Assembly: GCA_016867495.1 (NCBI GenBank) | Contig: VGJL01000002.1 | Coordinates: 11,185-75,184, forward strand | Origin: Candidatus Eiseniibacteriota bacterium | GTDB lineage: Bacteria > Eisenbacteria > RBG-16-71-46 > CAIMUX01 > VGJL01 | Length of the DNA stretch: 64,000 bases | Direction: 5' to 3' | In this document: piece by piece, positions 59,466 through 64,000 of the stretch | Layout of the letters: every line of letters starts with the position of its first letter | Numbering within the stretch: the stretch's first letter is position 1 | Position numbers and translations under genes: made by a program | The notes under the pieces: generated by a model | Seen by the model: the letters and a program-made list of their open reading frames with translations, nothing else | Database searches by the model: none | What the model was told of the DNA's origin: nothing

Positions 59466-61904
59466 CCCCACGGCGAGGCCGGCCATCGCGATCTCGACCC
59501 TGCAGGGGCCGATCGCATCGAAGCAGAGGCTGCCCTTGTCGGAAGCGCGCTCGATCCGCCCTTCCGATTCGCCGATCCTGATGACGTAGTCCGCCTCGGG
59601 GATCAGGCCATGAATCATCTGGGGCAGCGGTAGCAACTCGCCGCTGATCCTGTACTCCATCTGCGGCTCGCCGTCGGGATTCCTGCCGAAGACGAAGACC
59701 CCCTCGCCGTCGATCTCGCACCCTACGGCGTTCGGCTCGTCGATCGCGCGCACCTCGGCCATGGTCCCGGCCGGCGTGCATGCCCAGAGCGCGTGCACGA
59801 AGTCGACGGTAGACGCCCGCGGGGCGACCGTCTCCACGCGCCACTGGCCGACTTCGTGGATGTCGGTGAACGCCCCCTGCGGCATGCTCTGCGGAGGGAT
59901 GTTCTGGCCGTTGCCGTTGCCGTCATCCACCCAGAATTCGTATCCGGACCCACCGACCAGGCGGAGCGTGGCGTTCGCCGGAAGAACGGGAGCGCACCAG
60001 ATCTTGCCTCCATACTGCACCGCGGGGGAGCCCGGCGGCTCGACGCGCTCGGTTCTGAGCGCATAGTACCTTGCGCGCGGGTAGGTGATGATGCGGTCGG
60101 GCACGGTCACGCTGAGCGGCTGGACTCCCTCCATGGTGGGGCGGTTGATCGTGTGGAGGAGCCAGCGCGCGCTGTTGTCGTCGTTGTTCTGGACGACCTT
60201 GTCGCGCACGACGAAGTAGCGGCCGAGCATCGCGACTTCCCGCACCTGCCTCTGGATCCGGCGCGTGGCGTTGGTCGAGTGGTAGGCCGAGCCGGGATTC
60301 AGGATCCCTTTGACGTAGTAGCTCTTCGCGCCGTCGTCCAAGGTCCTCTCCTCGAAGAAGACGATGTCAGCGGTGTCGTAGACGTTGTCGTCGGCCACGT
60401 CGCGGATGTGCATCGGGGGACCGGGCTCATCGTAGAGATAGTCCTGTCCCCATCGATCGCTCATCGTCGCCTGCTGCTCGTCGAGGACCACGACGGTGTT
60501 CGCCGCGATCGCCCTCGAGTTGTAGTTGCGCAGGTGCTCTTCGCCCGCCAGGTAGTAGCCGGACCGAATCGCCAGGGCCCCCCTGTAGTAGATCTCGAAG
60601 GCGAGCTGGTAGAAGTTCCAGTAGTCGCCGAAGAAGTCCCCCGCGTGGAGGGTGAAGTAGACGTCGTCGTTGTCGCCGTTCAGATTCCAGCCCGAGCGCA
60701 GGATCACCTTCTCGCTCCAGCTCGAGCCCGGCGGCTGGTCCTCGCCGCTGGCCCCATAGAACTTCGCGAGCGGAAGCGTCGACGGCTGCGAGGCGGGAAG
60801 ATCGGGCCGCCAGAGCGTGCAGAGAAGTGCCCATTCGTAGCCGCCGTAAGAGCCGTTCCAGGGTCCGTTTGCGACGAGCCACTGGGCGTATCGATTCCCG
60901 CGAGCGGAAGCCAGGATGGCGAGAGACTCGTAGCCCCGGACGTAGACCGTGAAGTTGGTTCCGGACATCAGGCGCTGGCTGAAGCCGTCGGGCCTCCGGA
61001 TGTGGAGCATGTACTGGGGCCAGTTGTCGATGTAGGACGCGCAGAGGCTCCAGTACTCCCCGAGACCCAGCTCGTCGAAGAGATGGAGATAGAAGGTGAT
61101 CGCCTCCATGTCGACCTGGGTGTACTCGTTCCCTTTGTAGTAGCCTCCGTCGGGGAAGTAGAGCTGGCGGGTGGGCAGCACGCCTCCCTTCGAGGCGGCC
61201 GATCCGTTCGGCCAGGCGTATTCCCGCACTCCGCGCATCCTCCCGTCCCACTCGTCCACCATGGCCTGGCAGCGCTGGTTCTCGGCCGACGAGCCTTCCC
61301 CGTAGAAAGCGAGGCCGGCCAGACCGACGCGGCTCGCCTCGTTCGCCTCGAGGTTGTAGTAGACCGTTCTCTGGTTGCCGAGCGTGTAGCGAGGAAGGGC
61401 AAGCTGCCTCGTCGCGTTTCGCTGCGTCGGGGTGAGGTACTCGTAGACCCAATCGTAAGCGATCGTCCACTCGATGTGGCTCGTGATCCACTCGCCGCGG
61501 TCGATCGCCCAGATGAAGTACTGGGCCGCCTTGGTCGTGTAGGCGGAGTTCTGCTCGATCTTGCCGACCAGAACGAGATTCAAGACAGCATAGACGTTTG
61601 AGCTGCTCGGCGATCCCGCAAGGTAGCCGTCCGCGCGACTCTTGATCTCCTGGTACATGGCCGCCTTCGGGGAGCCGGGCGCGACCTCCGCGCGCAGCTG
61701 CGGCAGAAGAGTCTCCCTAAGGAAGAACCGCGGGTGAGGCGGAAGTCCTGAGAGGTCGACGGCCTGAGCGGCGGCCGGCGGCGGCACCGCCGCCAGCAGC
61801 ATGCTGAGGGAAACTCCGCAGAGGAAGAGGGGCCGCGCGATCGCGCCCGTCCGATTGTGCAACCATCTGGGGGAGCAGACGATGGCTTTAATGGAGTATT
61901 GCAA
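59448..61904 (-). CDS. Secreted heparinase II/III-like / alginate-lyase-fold polysaccharide lyase candidate
   Basis: Trimmed to TTG 61904 (AAGGAGG 5 nt upstream). Signal-like ...ARPLFLCGVSLSMLLAAVPPPAAAQA. ...LPPHPRFFLRETLLPQLRAEV... resembles the N-terminus of heparinase/alginate-lyase-like toroid domains. Family call is by eye only. Confidence 0.4.
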   Translation of the reverse strand: MQYSIKAIVCSPRWLHNRTGAIARPLFLCGVSLSMLLAAVPPPAAAQAVDLSGLPPHPRFFLRETLLPQLRAEVAPGSPKAAMYQEIKSRADGYLAGSPSSSNVYAVLNLVLVGKIEQNSAYTTKAAQYFIWAIDRGEWITSHIEWTIAYDWVYEYLTPTQRNATRQLALPRYTLGNQRTVYYNLEANEASRVGLAGLAFYGEGSSAENQRCQAMVDEWDGRMRGVREYAWPNGSAASKGGVLPTRQLYFPDGGYYKGNEYTQVDMEAITFYLHLFDELGLGEYWSLCASYIDNWPQYMLHIRRPDGFSQRLMSGTNFTVYVRGYESLAILASARGNRYAQWLVANGPWNGSYGGYEWALLCTLWRPDLPASQPSTLPLAKFYGASGEDQPPGSSWSEKVILRSGWNLNGDNDDVYFTLHAGDFFGDYWNFYQLAFEIYYRGALAIRSGYYLAGEEHLRNYNSRAIAANTVVVLDEQQATMSDRWGQDYLYDEPGPPMHIRDVADDNVYDTADIVFFEERTLDDGAKSYYVKGILNPGSAYHSTNATRRIQRQVREVAMLGRYFVVRDKVVQNNDDNSARWLLHTINRPTMEGVQPLSVTVPDRIITYPRARYYALRTERVEPPGSPAVQYGGKIWCAPVLPANATLRLVGGSGYEFWVDDGNGNGQNIPPQSMPQGAFTDIHEVGQWRVETVAPRASTVDFVHALWACTPAGTMAEVRAIDEPNAVGCEIDGEGVFVFGRNPDGEPQMEYRISGELLPLPQMIHGLIPEADYVIRIGESEGRIERASDKGSLCFDAIGPCRVEIAMAGLAVGSAAVR

Positions 61905-61942
61905 AACGCCCTCCTTGCGGGTGCGCAGCCTGCCAAGCTCCG

Positions 61943-63061
61943 TTATCGGCCGGGCGGAGGAGAATCCGCACAGGCAACCTCGGCGCGCCGCGCCCGCCGC
62001 CGGCGCAACGCCCGCCTCATGAACCCGGAGACCTCCGCCTCCATCAGCATAGACGAGAAGCGCCCGAGTGGATTCCGGGCCAGAGCCTCCCCGATCCCTT
62101 TCCGGCAGAGGCGATAGGGGTCGTCCCCGGACCCGACGATCCCCGCTTCCCACGTGGTCGCGGAGCGATACCCCGCCTCCTTTGCGAGGCGCCGAGATCT
62201 CTCGTCGTGTCCGCCTCCCGGGTAGCAGAAGTCGCGCACCGGCGCGCGGAGCGCGTCCTCTATGATCCGCTTCGAATCCTCGATCTCGCGCCTCTGAACC
62301 TCGGGCGGCTCGCCCGGAAGATAAGTGTGCGAGATCGTATGGGATCCGATCGAGAAGCCGGAGGAGGCGAGCGCGCGGACATCCTCAGCGGTGAGGAGGG
62401 TGGGAGCCCCGGCTCCGGCCCGCGCCGGCGCGATCTCGAGAAGCTGTCCCACCCGCTCGACGATCCCGCCGATCTCGGCGATCGGACGCCGCTGGATGAG
62501 ACGGATCAGGGCGTCGCAGCAGACCGCCCGTCTCTCGTCATCCGCCAGGCTCCAGGCGAGGGGTCGTCCGTCGATCGAGAGCGCGAGTTCCGGCGCATCG
62601 GTCCGCAGGATCGTCTGAGCCAGGAGATCGGTCCACAGGGGGCCGGTCCCCAGGATCCCCGCCGCCGTCACGTAGAAAGTGGCGGGCAGCCCGAGCCTCG
62701 ACAGGACGGGCGCGGCCACGGTCAAGTTGTCGCGGTAGCCGTCGTCGAAGGTCAGCGCCACCAGATCGTGGGCCGGCACGCGATCCGACGCGATCCACCA
62801 GAGCATCTCCTCCAGATCCACCGCCTCGTGGCGGGTCGCGATCCACAAGGCCTGCCGCTCGAACTGCGATCGGGCCATCCCGATCCTGTAGGGAGAGAAG
62901 GGCTCCTCGTCCGGAATGACGCGGTGGTACCCCAAGATGATCCCGTACTTCCCGCCGAGCCGGCGTCGGATCGCATACCTGGAGGGAAGGCCGAGCGCCG
63001 TCGACGTCGAGCCGACGAGCCAGCGAATCGAGTTGCGGAGCCGCGACCCGGGAGCGCTCAT
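61943..63061 (-). CDS. Polysaccharide deacetylase (NodB/CE4 family)
   Basis: Trimmed to the ATG at 63061 (ATGA overlap with the upstream GT4 stop). ...LVALTFDDGYRDNLTVAAPVLSRLGLPATFYV... and ...IGSHTISHTYL... are CE4 motifs. Confidence 0.8.
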   Translation of the reverse strand: MSAPGSRLRNSIRWLVGSTSTALGLPSRYAIRRRLGGKYGIILGYHRVIPDEEPFSPYRIGMARSQFERQALWIATRHEAVDLEEMLWWIASDRVPAHDLVALTFDDGYRDNLTVAAPVLSRLGLPATFYVTAAGILGTGPLWTDLLAQTILRTDAPELALSIDGRPLAWSLADDERRAVCCDALIRLIQRRPIAEIGGIVERVGQLLEIAPARAGAGAPTLLTAEDVRALASSGFSIGSHTISHTYLPGEPPEVQRREIEDSKRIIEDALRAPVRDFCYPGGGHDERSRRLAKEAGYRSATTWEAGIVGSGDDPYRLCRKGIGEALARNPLGRFSSMLMEAEVSGFMRRALRRRRARRAEVACADSPPPGR

Positions 63062-64000
63062 GCTCCTCCGTTTCTCTCGGCCAGGATCTCCTCGTAGACC
63101 GCGCGCGTCCTTGAGGCGACGGTCGAGGACCTGAATCTCTCCTCGGCGACGGCGCGGGCCTTCCGCGACATCGCTTCCGCGTCCGATCCGCCAATGACGC
63201 GTAGGAGCGCGCCCGCGATCGATGCGTCGGACTTGGGGTCGACGAGGATCCCGCTCAGCCCGTCCTCGACCATGTAAGGGATCCCCCCGACGCGCGAGGC
63301 CACCACAGGCAGGCCCGCCGCCATCGCTTCCGCGATCGCGAGCGGCGCATTCTCCTGGAACGAGCAATGAGCGAGACAGGAGGCGGCCGCCGCCTCGCGC
63401 ATGGTCTCGGCGCGGGATAGCAAGCCCAGGAAGCGCACTCTGGAAGCGATGCCGAGGCGCTCGGCGAGATTCCGGCAGCTCGCTCCGTAGGCGGTCTCAA
63501 GGCCACCCCCCACGATCGACAGCTCCGCATCCGGCCTCTCCCGGGCGATCCGGGCGAAGGCCGCGATGAGACCCCCGACATTCTTGAGCGGAGTGATCCT
63601 CCCGACGGCGAGGATGCGGCCCGGAACCGGCGCCCGTCGGATCTCGAAGAAGGAGTCGTCGACCGGATTGTCGATGCTCCATGTCCGCGAGCCGACGGTG
63701 CTCCCCAGGACCTCGGCGACGTAGGGGTTGATGACGATCAGATTGCGGGCCCGCCGTCTCCCGCGCGCCTCGAGCCGCCCCATCACGTAGGAGCGGACCG
63801 ATCGGAATCTCCCCCTGTAGGCGATGTCTCGCTCCTGTATCCCATGGATCGTCAGCAGCGCCGGTCGGCCCCGATGAGGGACGAGGTGGGCCCAGTTCTG
63901 GATATGCACGATGTCATGATCGATTTCCGACAGCTTGCGGGCGACCTGACGGGGACTGATCCAGGCATATCCGATGCCGGGCCCCCAGCGGCGCGATCTC
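63058..64000 (-). CDS. Glycosyltransferase family 4 (GT-B); 5' end runs off the window
   Basis: The track ORF starts at GTG 63909, but the frame stays open to position 64000 (...GYAWISPRQVARKLSEIDHDIVHIQNWAHL...). C-terminal FQENAPLAIAEAMAAGLPVVASRVGGIPYMVEDGLSG. Confidence 0.8.
   Translation of the reverse strand, partial: RSRRWGPGIGYAWISPRQVARKLSEIDHDIVHIQNWAHLVPHRGRPALLTIHGIQERDIAYRGRFRSVRSYVMGRLEARGRRRARNLIVINPYVAEVLGSTVGSRTWSIDNPVDDSFFEIRRAPVPGRILAVGRITPLKNVGGLIAAFARIARERPDAELSIVGGGLETAYGASCRNLAERLGIASRVRFLGLLSRAETMREAAAASCLAHCSFQENAPLAIAEAMAAGLPVVASRVGGIPYMVEDGLSGILVDPKSDASIAGALLRVIGGSDAEAMSRKARAVAEERFRSSTVASRTRAVYEEILAERNGGA

Noticed and set aside
1-64000. rRNA, tRNA, tmRNA, transposase, integrase or prophage genes
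   Set aside because: No cloverleaf-like or rRNA-like conserved sequence was recognised in the intergenic regions, and no ORF showed transposase (DDE), integrase (R-H-R-Y) or phage structural signatures. A tRNAscan/Infernal run would be needed for certainty.

Overview
GC-rich window (about two-thirds G+C by eye, strong G/C at third codon positions), probably from an uncultivated Gram-negative lineage. Several secreted proteins end in FlgD-Ig/T9SS-like C-terminal domains, which suggests an FCB-group, Eisenbacteria-like or Gemmatimonadota-like MAG; that placement is inference only. All calls were made by eye with no database search. The ORF track is dominated by Arg/Pro/Gly-rich antisense shadow ORFs. 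It uses the longest possible starts, omits ORFs that run off the window and omits ORFs under 60 aa, so many starts were re-trimmed by hand.

Gene content, left to right:
- LPS-type genes: a GT-C membrane protein and a Kdo/WaaP-like kinase.
- A Zn/Mn-type uptake operon (substrate-binding protein, permease, outer-membrane barrel) with no ATPase gene.
- A divergent ArsR-controlled ars-like redox/permease cluster: ArsP-like permease, thioredoxin-like protein, ArsF-like and ArsG-like proteins.
- A zone of decayed genes.
- A roughly 4.6 kb accessory block of three tandem AAA-ATPase/DUF4143 (PD-(D/E)xK-like) paralogs. It has low-GC promoter islands and structured 85-bp repeats, and it abuts the 3' end of an intact comM.
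- Two ECF sigma/anti-sigma pairs.
- Large secreted proteins: a CBM9/DUF5916-like protein, a protein with seven or more Fn3-like repeats, and Cys-rich proteins sharing a novel-looking C-terminal tail.
- A glycan operon: AMP-ligase, DegT-ACP fusion, NeuD-like acyltransferase, LarA-like protein, PglC-like transferase and GT4, with a flippase nearby. Further GT4 genes, a deacetylase and a lyase-like gene lie elsewhere in the window.
- A LiaF/LytS/LytTR module.

Most interesting: a compact candidate RiPP operon at about 42.7-47.2 kb on the minus strand. It has a radical SAM/SPASM maturase, a 37-aa Cys/Trp-rich peptide gene that is absent from the ORF track, an HExxH peptidase-like protein and an ABC exporter. 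A TPR-CHAT protein lies immediately upstream.

No rRNA, tRNA, CRISPR array, transposase or integrase was recognised.
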